Assembly (NCBI GenBank): GCA_963702425.1
Contig: CAVPCQ010000037.1
Location: 160,001-224,000 of the forward strand
Origin: an uncultured Acidobacteriota bacterium
GTDB lineage: Bacteria; Acidobacteriota; Polarisedimenticolia; J045
Reading direction: 5' to 3'
Length of the DNA stretch: 64,000 nucleotides
The notes under the pieces are model-generated. The model searched no databases. It worked only from the letters and a program-made list of their open reading frames with translations, and was not told the origin of the DNA. Shown piece by piece: positions 56,320 to 64,000 of this stretch (position 1 is the stretch's first letter; each line of letters starts with the position of its first letter). A program made the position numbers and the translations under genes.

Positions 56320-57266
56320 ATGGGTGAGGTCTACGCATCGCGGGTGGCCGAGGAAATGGAAGCGGCAGCGGCAGCGATCGCCGCGCCGGACGGGCCGGCG
56401 GGTGCCGGGAGCGGGAGCCGCAGCGGGGGCGACCGCGGCGGCGAGCGACGCGCGGCGGCGGCGAGCGCGAGGCCAGCGAGCGGGCGACGCTCGGCGCGCA
56501 CGCGCGGGCCGTCGCGGCGCGGGTGCTCGCGGCGCACGCGCGCACCGCGGTGCGCGCCCCCGTGCCGGCGGTGCGCCGCGCGGCCCAGCCCGCGCTCCCC
56601 GGTGCGGGTACGGGGCCGCGGCCGCCGGCCGCCCCGTCCCGCGCGGCGGCCCCGCGCTGGACGCTCGCCGGCTTCAGCGGCCGGCTGTCGGAATTCTCGG
56701 GCGTCGGCGCGGGGGCGCAGCTGTCGCTGGCCTTCTCGCTGGTGCGCGAGGCCCAGCAGCGCGGCGAGCCGGTGGCCTGGGTGACGCTGGTGGGGGGCGC
56801 CTTCTACCCGCCCGACGTCGCGGCCGGCGGCGTGAAGCTCGACGCGCTGCCGGTGATCTTCGCGCCCGATCCGGTCGCCGCGGCCCGCGCCGCGGACCGG
56901 CTCGTGCGCTCCGGGGGGTTCTCGGTCGTCGTGCTCGACCTGGTGCCGGCCGGGGCGGCGCCGGAGAAGGGTGCCGGGGGCGCCGGGCACGCCGGCCGGA
57001 AGCCCGCGCCGCGCGAGGTCCCGCTGCCGATGCTCTCGCGCCTCGTCGGCCTGGCGCAGAAGCACGACGTCGCGCTGGTCTTCCTGACGGAAAAGGGGAA
57101 CGAAACGCCGTCGCTGGGCGGGCTGATCTCGCTGCGCTGCGGCACCGCGCGGCGCGACGCGGGGCCGGGGCTGTTCCTCTGCGTGGCCGAGGCGCTGAAG
57201 GACAAGCGGGGCGGCCCGGGGTGGAGCCACACGGAGGTGCGAGGTGGCCCGGTGGGCCTGCGTTGA
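56320..57266 (+). CDS. imuA: ImuA / RecA-like mutasome protein (probable frameshift in 5' low-complexity part; alternative start 56523)
   Basis: GRLSEFSG, EAQQRGEPVAWV, FYPPD-x-A-x2-GV-x-L, LVRSGGF-x-VVVLD. No intact Walker A. Lies between lexA and imuB. Confidence 0.8.
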
Positions 57267-58920
57267 CGTCCCGGAGCTGCCGCTGCAGCTCCTGCTGAGG
57301 GCCCACCCGGAGTGGGGCGACGCGCCGGCGTGCGTCGTCGCCGAGGACCGGCCGCAGGGGCGCGTGCTGTGGGTCAACGAGGCCGCGCGGCGCGGCAAGG
57401 TGCTGCCCGGCATGCGCTACGCCGCGGCGCTGGCGCTGTGCGCGGGGCTGCGCGCGGGGGTCGTCGGGCCGGCGGAGGTCGGCCGCGGCGTGGCCCAGCT
57501 CGCCGCGCGGCTGCGCGACTTCTCGCCGCTCGTCGAGCCCTGCGCCGACGAGCCGGGGATCTTCTGGCTGGAAGCGGGCGGGCTTTCGCGGCTCTTCCCC
57601 TCGGCCAGCGCCTGGGCGCGGCAGCTGCGCGAGGCGGCCGGCGCGATGGGCTTCTTCGGCCGCGTGGCGGTCGGCTTCACGCGCTACGGCGCGTACGCGG
57701 TGGCGCGCTCCGGGGCGGAGCTGACGGTCTTCCGCGACCCGGAGTCGGAGAGCCGCGCGGCGCGCGCCGTGCCGCTGGCGCGGCTGGCGATCGACCCCGC
57801 GCTGCGCGACGAGCTCGACCAGCTCGGCGTGCGCACGCTGGGGGAGTTCCTCGAGCTGCCGGCCAGCGAGCTGCTCGAGCGCTACGGGGTGGCGGTGCAC
57901 CGCCTGCACCAGCTCGCGGCCGGGACGGGGTGGGCGCCGCTGCAACCGGAGATCCCCGACGACCCGCGGATCGAGCGGCGCGATCTCGAGTGGCTCGACG
58001 ACGACCGGACGCGGCTGCTGTTCTTCGTCGGGCAGCTGCTCGAGCCGCTCCTGGCGCGGCTCGCGGAGCAGCGCGAGCAGGTCGCCGGGCTGACGCTGCG
58101 GCTCGCGCTGGACGGCGGCGGCGTGCGCGTGGAGTCGGTGCGCCCGGCGGTGCCGACGCGCGATCCGGCGCAGCTGATGGAGCTGCTCGCGCTGCGGCTC
58201 GAGGCCAGCGTGCGGGACGCGCCGCTGCCGGCGAAGGTCGAGGCGCTCGAGCTGGAGGCGGAGGCGACGCGGGCCGGCGAGCGGCAGGAGGAGCTGCTGG
58301 CCGAGGCGCCGCGCCGCGACGTCGAAGCCGCGCGCCGCGCGCTGGCGCGGGTGGCGGCGGAGCTGGGGCCGGCGGCGGTGGCGCGCGCGCGGCTGCGCGA
58401 CGGGCACCTGCCGGAGGCGACGTTCCTGTGGGAGCCGCTGGCGCCGGAGGCGTATGCGGCGGCGGGGGCGAACGGGGGCGCAGGCCAGCCCGGAGACCGG
58501 CCCTTACGGTTGGTGGGAAACCCCGTAGGGGCCGGCCTCCGTGCCGGCCCGTCCGACGCGTTTCATTCCGCCCGCTGCGACGGCCCGTCGTCTTCGGTCT
58601 CCGCCGCCCCCACCGCGGCCTGGCTGCGCGTCGTCGGCGGGCGCGATCCCGCCGGACCGGTGCTGGTGCGGCGCATCTACGACCACCCGATCGCGCTGCC
58701 GCCGCGCTCGCACCACCTGCGCGACGACGGCTGGCTGATCCACGGCCTGCCGCACGGCGCGGTGACGCGGCTGGTCGGGCCGTTCGTGATCAGCGGCGGC
58801 TGGTGGCGCCGGCCGGTCCACCGCGAGTACCACTTCGCCGAGACCGGCCGCGGCGACCTGCTGTGGGTCTACTTCGACCGCGAGCGGCGGCGCTGGTTCC
58901 TGCAGGGGCACGTGGAGTGA
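57244..58920 (+). CDS. imuB: ImuB, inactive Y-family polymerase
   Basis: ACVDVPELPLQ, VNEAAR-x2-V-x-PGM, FSPLVE, LGVRTLGEF, C-terminal GPFVISGGWW...REY...WVYFD...WFLQG. Confidence 0.88.
   Translation: MARWACVDVPELPLQLLLRAHPEWGDAPACVVAEDRPQGRVLWVNEAARRGKVLPGMRYAAALALCAGLRAGVVGPAEVGRGVAQLAARLRDFSPLVEPCADEPGIFWLEAGGLSRLFPSASAWARQLREAAGAMGFFGRVAVGFTRYGAYAVARSGAELTVFRDPESESRAARAVPLARLAIDPALRDELDQLGVRTLGEFLELPASELLERYGVAVHRLHQLAAGTGWAPLQPEIPDDPRIERRDLEWLDDDRTRLLFFVGQLLEPLLARLAEQREQVAGLTLRLALDGGGVRVESVRPAVPTRDPAQLMELLALRLEASVRDAPLPAKVEALELEAEATRAGERQEELLAEAPRRDVEAARRALARVAAELGPAAVARARLRDGHLPEATFLWEPLAPEAYAAAGANGGAGQPGDRPLRLVGNPVGAGLRAGPSDAFHSARCDGPSSSVSAAPTAAWLRVVGGRDPAGPVLVRRIYDHPIALPPRSHHLRDDGWLIHGLPHGAVTRLVGPFVISGGWWRRPVHREYHFAETGRGDLLWVYFDRERRRWFLQGHVE
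58479..58551. repeat. Inverted REP doublet embedded in-frame in imuB
   Basis: Perfect GTAGGGGCCGGCCTCCGTGCCGGCCC at 58525-58550, matching the 47.3 kb unit, preceded by a degenerate inverse copy GGCCAGCCCGGAGACCGGCCCTTAC. Confidence 0.8.
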
Positions 58921-58967
58921 CGCGGAGTGAGCCGGGACGCCACGGACCGGGCGGGTGGCGCTGCCCC

Positions 58968-60842
58968 TCAGATCCCGTGCCGCAGCCAGTCGACGCCGTG
59001 CGCCAGCCAGCGCACCAGCCGCTCCTCCCCGCGCCGCGTCGAGGCGCCCGTCGAGGGGTCGCTCTTCGCCGCCGCGCGGTCCGGATCGAGCGTCTGCCCG
59101 GCGATGAAGCGCGTCATCGCGGCCTGCAGGGCCGGCGGGGGAACCCGGTGGCGGTGCCGCACCAGGAGCTGCGCGGCCCAGGAGATGCTGTCGCCGGTGA
59201 TCCGCGCGGCGCGATTGATCGTCGCCGAGCGGGCAGCGACGGTGCGCAGGACGTCGGCGCGGCGGCGGCCGGTCCGCCGGGCCGCCCGGGCCACGAGCGT
59301 CATGTAGAGCCGCTGGACCTCGCGCGCGCGGGCCCGGCGGTAGGCCGTCGGCACGCGGTCCTTGCGCGAGGCGTAGCGCGAGAGCGCGATCGCCAGGAAT
59401 TCCCGCGGGTCGATCGGCTGCCAGGCGGACTGGAGCCGCGCCGGAAGCTCGCGCAGCACGTCGCGCACGCAGTAGACCGCGTCCCACGTGATCCCGTCGG
59501 CGGTCCGGATCCGCCCGCGCGAGGAGCGCGCCCGCTCGAACGTCCGGAGCGCGCGGTCGAAGCGCCGCACCAGGCGCCGGTCGTGGCGGAAGAGCGCCTC
59601 GGCGGCCTTCCGGTCGAAGCCGACCTGGCGCAGCAGCAGCCGGTCCTTCGCGGCCTCGAACTCGGCGTCGAAGAGGGCCAGGGCCGGGTCGTTGGCGAGC
59701 GCGGCCAGCGGCGGCCGGGTGCCGGTCAGCAGGAACTCGCGGATCTGCACGGCGGCCTGGACCATCGCGCGGGCCTTGGCCTTCTGCCCGGTGATCGTGG
59801 TCGAGAAGCGCGGGCCGTCGTCGTAGCGGTACTCGCGGTGGAACAGGCCGAACTGCCGCACCGAGCCGTAGTCGATGATCCCGCCGTCGGCCAGGATGTT
59901 GTCGCCGTCCCACTCCATCCAGCAGAAGACGTACTCGCGCTCGAAGGTCGCGGCGACGCGACCGAAGGTCCGCGCGAACGACTCGGCGAAGAGCCGCGCG
60001 CGGTGCGCGCGGTCGGCCGCGCGCGGCAGCTCGCCGTGGGCCGCCTGCCGCTCGACGAAGAGGTCGACCAGCGCGGCGAGCGTCGCGCGGTCGCCCTGCT
60101 TGAGCGGCGCGAAGAAGTGCGAGGGGCGCAGCAGGTTCTTCCCGGCCCGGACCGTGATCCCGAAGCCGTCGCGCCGGCGGATCACCGCCAGCACGCGCTC
60201 GGTCGCGATCCCGTTGCGGTGGAAGATCTCGCTCATCAGCGCCGCGCCGAGCCCTTCGCCCGGCGACGCGGTCCCGCAGCCGTACGACGCGCGCCGGCTG
60301 CCGGTCTTGTAGAAGCGGCCGGACTGCGCGGTCGCCGGGCAGAGGCAGGTCGCGCCGGTGCCGCAGCTCGTCACGTCCCACGTGACGCCGCGCGCCGTGA
60401 AGCAGCCGTTCCAGATGCTGCGCCCGTCGCCGGAGGTCGTGCCCCGGCGGTCGGGGTGCTGCAGCTGCAGGTAGCGCGTGGCGAAGTAGGTCCGCGGGAG
60501 GCGGTCGCGCGCCGGAATCGGCGTGCCGTGCGCGAGGTCGTACTCGTTGACGATCTGCAGGCTGAAGGCGTCGAGCAGGGCGCGATGCAGGCCGCGGGTC
60601 AGGACCTCCGGGTGGTCGGCGGGGATCAGCCCCATCTCGCGGGCCAGGGCGAAGTTGAAGTAGAGGACACGGCTGCCGCGCACGCGGCGCGCGCCGTAGG
60701 GCACCGCCGCGCCGGGGGCCCGGTCGCGCACGGGGTGCGTCCCGTCGATCGCCGCGAAGGCCGCGTAGGGGTCGGAGGAGGCCCCCGCCTCCCGCCGCAC
60801 CGCCGCGGCCACGGGCCGTCCTGGCGGATGCAAACCCGTCAT
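58968..60842 (-). CDS. Divergent SelO/YdiU-like (pseudokinase-fold) protein
   Basis: SGDGRS, SEIFHRNGIATERVLAV, LRPSHF and DGDN...IIDYGS are collinear with the SelO motifs GDGR, SEAM-x3-GIPTTRAL, R-x-G-x-F and NTDN...IDYGP. Confidence 0.7.
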   Translation of the reverse strand: MTGLHPPGRPVAAAVRREAGASSDPYAAFAAIDGTHPVRDRAPGAAVPYGARRVRGSRVLYFNFALAREMGLIPADHPEVLTRGLHRALLDAFSLQIVNEYDLAHGTPIPARDRLPRTYFATRYLQLQHPDRRGTTSGDGRSIWNGCFTARGVTWDVTSCGTGATCLCPATAQSGRFYKTGSRRASYGCGTASPGEGLGAALMSEIFHRNGIATERVLAVIRRRDGFGITVRAGKNLLRPSHFFAPLKQGDRATLAALVDLFVERQAAHGELPRAADRAHRARLFAESFARTFGRVAATFEREYVFCWMEWDGDNILADGGIIDYGSVRQFGLFHREYRYDDGPRFSTTITGQKAKARAMVQAAVQIREFLLTGTRPPLAALANDPALALFDAEFEAAKDRLLLRQVGFDRKAAEALFRHDRRLVRRFDRALRTFERARSSRGRIRTADGITWDAVYCVRDVLRELPARLQSAWQPIDPREFLAIALSRYASRKDRVPTAYRRARAREVQRLYMTLVARAARRTGRRRADVLRTVAARSATINRAARITGDSISWAAQLLVRHRHRVPPPALQAAMTRFIAGQTLDPDRAAAKSDPSTGASTRRGEERLVRWLAHGVDWLRHGI

Positions 60843-60974
60843 CCCTCCGTCAAACCCGATATCCCATCGCTATTGAAGTTGGGTCAACGAAACGGGGACA
60901 GCAACCGTTAGTCGGTTAGTCGGCCGACCGGCTAACGGCTGCGGCCCCGATCGGTGAGATCATCGAGGCGGTCC

Positions 60975-63900
60975 ATGAGCCCGAACGACGACCCCCTCGC
61001 GCCGTTCCACCCCTTGGTCCGCGCCTGGTTCGCGGAGCGGGTGGGGACGCCCACGGAGGTCCAGCGGCTGGCCTGGCCGCGGATCGCCGCCGGGGCGCAC
61101 CTGCTGGCCGCGGCCCCCACCGGGAGCGGGAAGACGCTCGCCGCGTTCCTGTGGGCGATCGACCGGCTGCTCACCGGCGCGTGGGAGCCGGGCGCGATCC
61201 GGGTGCTCTACGTCTCCCCGCTGCGGGCCCTGAACAACGACGTCCGGCGGAACCTCCTCGCCCCCCTCGAGGAGCTGAGCCGGCGCTTCGCTGCGGCCGG
61301 GTCGGCCCCGCCGGAGGTCCGGGTCCAGGTGCGCTCCGGCGACACGCCGCCCGACGAGCGCCGGCGCATGCTCCGGAAGCCGCCCGAGATCCTGATCACG
61401 ACCCCCGAGAGCCTCAACATCCTGCTCACCGCCCGCGGCTCGCGCACCCTCTTCGACGGGCTCGAGACCGTGATCCTCGACGAGATCCACGCGCTCGCCG
61501 CGACCAAGCGCGGGGCGCACCTGGTCACCGCGGTCGAGCGGCTCGGCGCTGGCCGCCGGGGAGTTCCAGCGGATCGCGCTGTCGGCGACCGTCGAGCCCA
61601 AGGAGCGGATCGCGGAGTGGGTCGGCGGCTGGGAGCTGCTCACCCCCGCGGTCGGCAACGAGGACCCCCACTACCGGCGCCGGCCGGTCGAGGTCGTCGC
61701 GTCGGGCGCGGAGCGGCGCTACGAGCTGTCCGTCGCCTACCGCGCCCCGGGCGGACCGGACAGCCGACGGGGAGGACTTCCTCGCCCTGGCCGATGGTCG
61801 TCTCCGAGGTCAAGCGCTCGCTCGCGGCGAACCGCTCGACGCTGGTCTTCGGCAACAGCCGGCGCACGGTCGAGAAGCTGACCCGCCTGGTCAACGAGGG
61901 GGAGCGCGAGCCGCCGGCGTGGGCCCACCACGGGTCGCTCTCGCGCGAGGTCCGCGAGGTCGTCGAGGAGCGCCTCAAGCGCGGCGAGCTGCGCGGGATC
62001 GTGGCCACCAACTCGCTCGAGCTGGGGATCGACATCGGCGCGCTGGACGAGGTCCTGCTGGTGACGACGCCGCCGAGCGTCGCGTCGGCGGTCCAGCGGC
62101 TCGGCCGGGCCGGCCACCAGGTGGGAGGCGTCAGCCGCGGGCGCTTCCTGCCGCTGCACGCGCGGGACCTGCTCGACGCCGCGGTCGTCGCGCGTGCGGT
62201 GCAGGAAGGGGAGGTCGAGCCGCTGCAGCCGGTCGAGGGGGCGCTCGACGTGCTGGCGCAGGTCATCGTCTCGATGACCGCGGGCGAGACCTGGGACGTG
62301 CCGGCGCTGCTCTCCGCGCTGCGCTGCGCGGCGCCCTACCACGGCCTCACGCGCCGGCAGCTCGACGACGTGCTCGAGATGCTCGACGGCCGGCACCACG
62401 GCCGCGTCGTGCCGGAGCTGCGGCCGCTGGTCTCGCTCGACGCCGTCGAGGGGACGGTCCGCGCGCGCGCCGGGGCCGAGCGCGTGCTCTACCGCAGCGG
62501 CGGCACGATCCCCGACCGCGGCTATTTCCACCTCCGGCGCGCCGGGACCGGCGCGAAGATCGGCGAGCTGGACGAGGAGTTCGTCTGGGAGCGCAAGCTC
62601 GGCGACGCCTTCACGCTCGGCGTGCAGGGCTGGCGGATCGAGCAGATCACGCACAACGACGTGCTCGTCGTCGCCGGCCGCGGGACCCGGCGCGATGGCC
62701 CCCTTCTGGCGCGCCGACGGGCGCGACCGCGGCGCGTTCCTCTCGGCCCGGATCGCGGCCTTCCTGGCCGAGGCCGAGGCGCACCTCGACGACCGGTCGC
62801 TCCCCGAGCGGCTCGTCAACGAGAACCGGCTGACGACCGCCGCGGCGTCGGCGCTGGTCGACCTGCTGCGCGCGCAGCACCGGGCGACCGGGGCGCTTCC
62901 CGGCGCCGGGCGGGTGGTCGCCGAGACGCTGGTCGAGGGGCTCGCCGCCGACGGGGCGCAGCAGCTGGTGCTGCACACCTTCTGGGGCGGGCGCGTGAAC
63001 CGGCCGTTCTCGATCGCGCTCCAGGCGGCCTGGCGCCGGCGCCACGGCACGCACCTCGAGCTGACGGTCGACGACGACGCGATCGCCGTCGCCATCCCGG
63101 CCGGCACCCGCGCCCGCTCGCTCTTCGCGCTGGTGGAGCCCGCGCAGCTGGAGAGCCTGCTGCGCGAGGAGCTGGGCGCGACCGGCTTCTTCGGCGCCCG
63201 CTTCCGCGAAGCGGCCGGGACGGCACTGCAGCTGCCGCGGCAGGGGTTCGGGCGGCGTACGCCGCTCTGGTTCACGCGGCAGCGGTCCAAGCAGCTGCTC
63301 GACCGCGTCGCGCGGCTGCCGGATTTCCCGCTGGTCGTCGAGGCCTGGCGCGCGACGCTGGCCGACCACTTCGACCTGCCGCGGCTGCGCGCGCTGCTGG
63401 CCGAGCTGCGGGACGGGACGATCGCGGTGCACGAGGCGACGACCCGCGAACCCTCGCCCTTCGCGGCCGACGTCGCCTGGCAGCGCACGAACGACCTGAT
63501 GTACCGCGACGACACGCCGGAGAGCCGGGCCGCGGCGCCGGCGGCGGGCCTGCTGCGCGAGCTGGTTCACTCCTCGGCGCTGCGCCCCCGCGTGCCGCGC
63601 GCGCGGGCCGACGAGTTCGAGCGCAAGGTCCGGCGGCTCTGGCCGGGCTACGCGCCGGCCGGCGCGCGCGAGCTGCTCGACTGGCTGCGCGAGCGGCTCG
63701 TCGTGCCGCTGGCCGAGTGGGAGGAGCTGCGCGAGGCCTCGGCGCGGGCGGCCGGCGTGCCGCCGGGGACGATGCTCGGCGAGATCGGCGGGAAGATCGC
63801 CGCCGTCGCGCCGCCGGGCGCCGACGCGCCGCGCTTCGTGGCGGCGCTCGAGGCGCTGCCGCGAATCGCCGCCGCCGCGGGCTGGGACGTGCGGGCGATC

Positions 63901-64000
63901 GCGCTGGAGCCGCTCGCTGCGGGCGTCGAACCGGCGGCGCTGCGCCGCACGCTGCAGCGGCTGGCGGCGCCCGCCGCCCGGGAACACGCCGGCCGCGAGA
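60975..64000 (+). CDS. lhr: Lhr-family ATP-dependent helicase (3' truncated; frameshifts near 61550, 61770, 62680)
   Basis: FHPLVRAWF, APTGSGKT, YVSPLRALNND, ITTPESL, DEIH, KRG, LSAT, HHGSLS, ATNSLELGIDIG, QRLGRAGH, GGTIPDRG, GELDEEF. Confidence 0.93.
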   Translation, partial: MSPNDDPLAPFHPLVRAWFAERVGTPTEVQRLAWPRIAAGAHLLAAAPTGSGKTLAAFLWAIDRLLTGAWEPGAIRVLYVSPLRALNNDVRRNLLAPLEELSRRFAAAGSAPPEVRVQVRSGDTPPDERRRMLRKPPEILITTPESLNILLTARGSRTLFDGLETVILDEIHALAATKRGAHLVTAVERLGAGRRGVPADRAVGDRRAQGADRGVGRRLGAAHPRGRQRGPPLPAPAGRGRRVGRGAALRAVRRLPRPGRTGQPTGRTSSPWPMVVSEVKRSLAANRSTLVFGNSRRTVEKLTRLVNEGEREPPAWAHHGSLSREVREVVEERLKRGELRGIVATNSLELGIDIGALDEVLLVTTPPSVASAVQRLGRAGHQVGGVSRGRFLPLHARDLLDAAVVARAVQEGEVEPLQPVEGALDVLAQVIVSMTAGETWDVPALLSALRCAAPYHGLTRRQLDDVLEMLDGRHHGRVVPELRPLVSLDAVEGTVRARAGAERVLYRSGGTIPDRGYFHLRRAGTGAKIGELDEEFVWERKLGDAFTLGVQGWRIEQITHNDVLVVAGRGTRRDGPLLARRRARPRRVPLGPDRGLPGRGRGAPRRPVAPRAARQREPADDRRGVGAGRPAARAAPGDRGASRRRAGGRRDAGRGARRRRGAAAGAAHLLGRAREPAVLDRAPGGLAPAPRHAPRADGRRRRDRRRHPGRHPRPLALRAGGARAAGEPAARGAGRDRLLRRPLPRSGRDGTAAAAAGVRAAYAALVHAAAVQAAARPRRAAAGFPAGRRGLARDAGRPLRPAAAARAAGRAAGRDDRGARGDDPRTLALRGRRRLAAHERPDVPRRHAGEPGRGAGGGPAARAGSLLGAAPPRAARAGRRVRAQGPAALAGLRAGRRARAARLAARAARRAAGRVGGAARGLGAGGRRAAGDDARRDRREDRRRRAAGRRRAALRGGARGAAANRRRRGLGRAGDRAGAARCGRRTGGAAPHAAAAGGARRPGTRRPR

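Noticed and set aside
57312-60911. 1199-aa ORF and many other long Arg/Pro/Ala-rich ORFs
   Set aside because: They are alternative-frame or antisense shadows of well-supported genes and have no recognisable motifs. This one is not dnaE2.
916-62700. Programmed frameshifting or stop-codon recoding
   Set aside because: Shifts occur in unrelated housekeeping genes in both directions without a shared slippery motif, and I saw no in-frame TGA/TAG at catalytic positions.

Overview
Very GC-rich (roughly 70-75% by eye) bacterial chromosomal segment of about 60 genes from a diderm organism. The gene mix (Bacillus-type SdhCAB, RNase Y, poly(A) polymerase, Lnt, bactofilin, OmpW-like barrel) suggests Acidobacteriota or a similar lineage; this is inference only. 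Most of the window is housekeeping: dxs, pepA, pcnB, sdhCAB, nrnA, rny, hpnD-lnt-fabB, a YknWXYZ/MacAB-like exporter, three tRNAs and lhr. At least a dozen genes carry single-base frameshifts, which look like long-read assembly indels rather than pseudogenes. Most notable: (1) a complete ~2.04 kb group II intron (RT with YCDD, no endonuclease) inserted at the start codon of an apparently leaderless M16 peptidase gene, whose 3' end re-supplies an SD-like motif and an ATG; (2) a lexA-imuA-imuB cassette with no adjacent imuC/dnaE2, a non-canonical LexA recognition helix and a candidate GGAC-N4-GTCC operator, followed by a highly divergent SelO-like protein and lhr; (3) GTAG-family REP elements, both as a 3x40-bp tandem array and as an in-frame doublet inside imuB; (4) a candidate long rod-shaped ncRNA (6S-like) with its own sigma70 promoter upstream of rny; (5) several small ORFs absent from or obscured in the ORF track, including a phage-like mini-operon.
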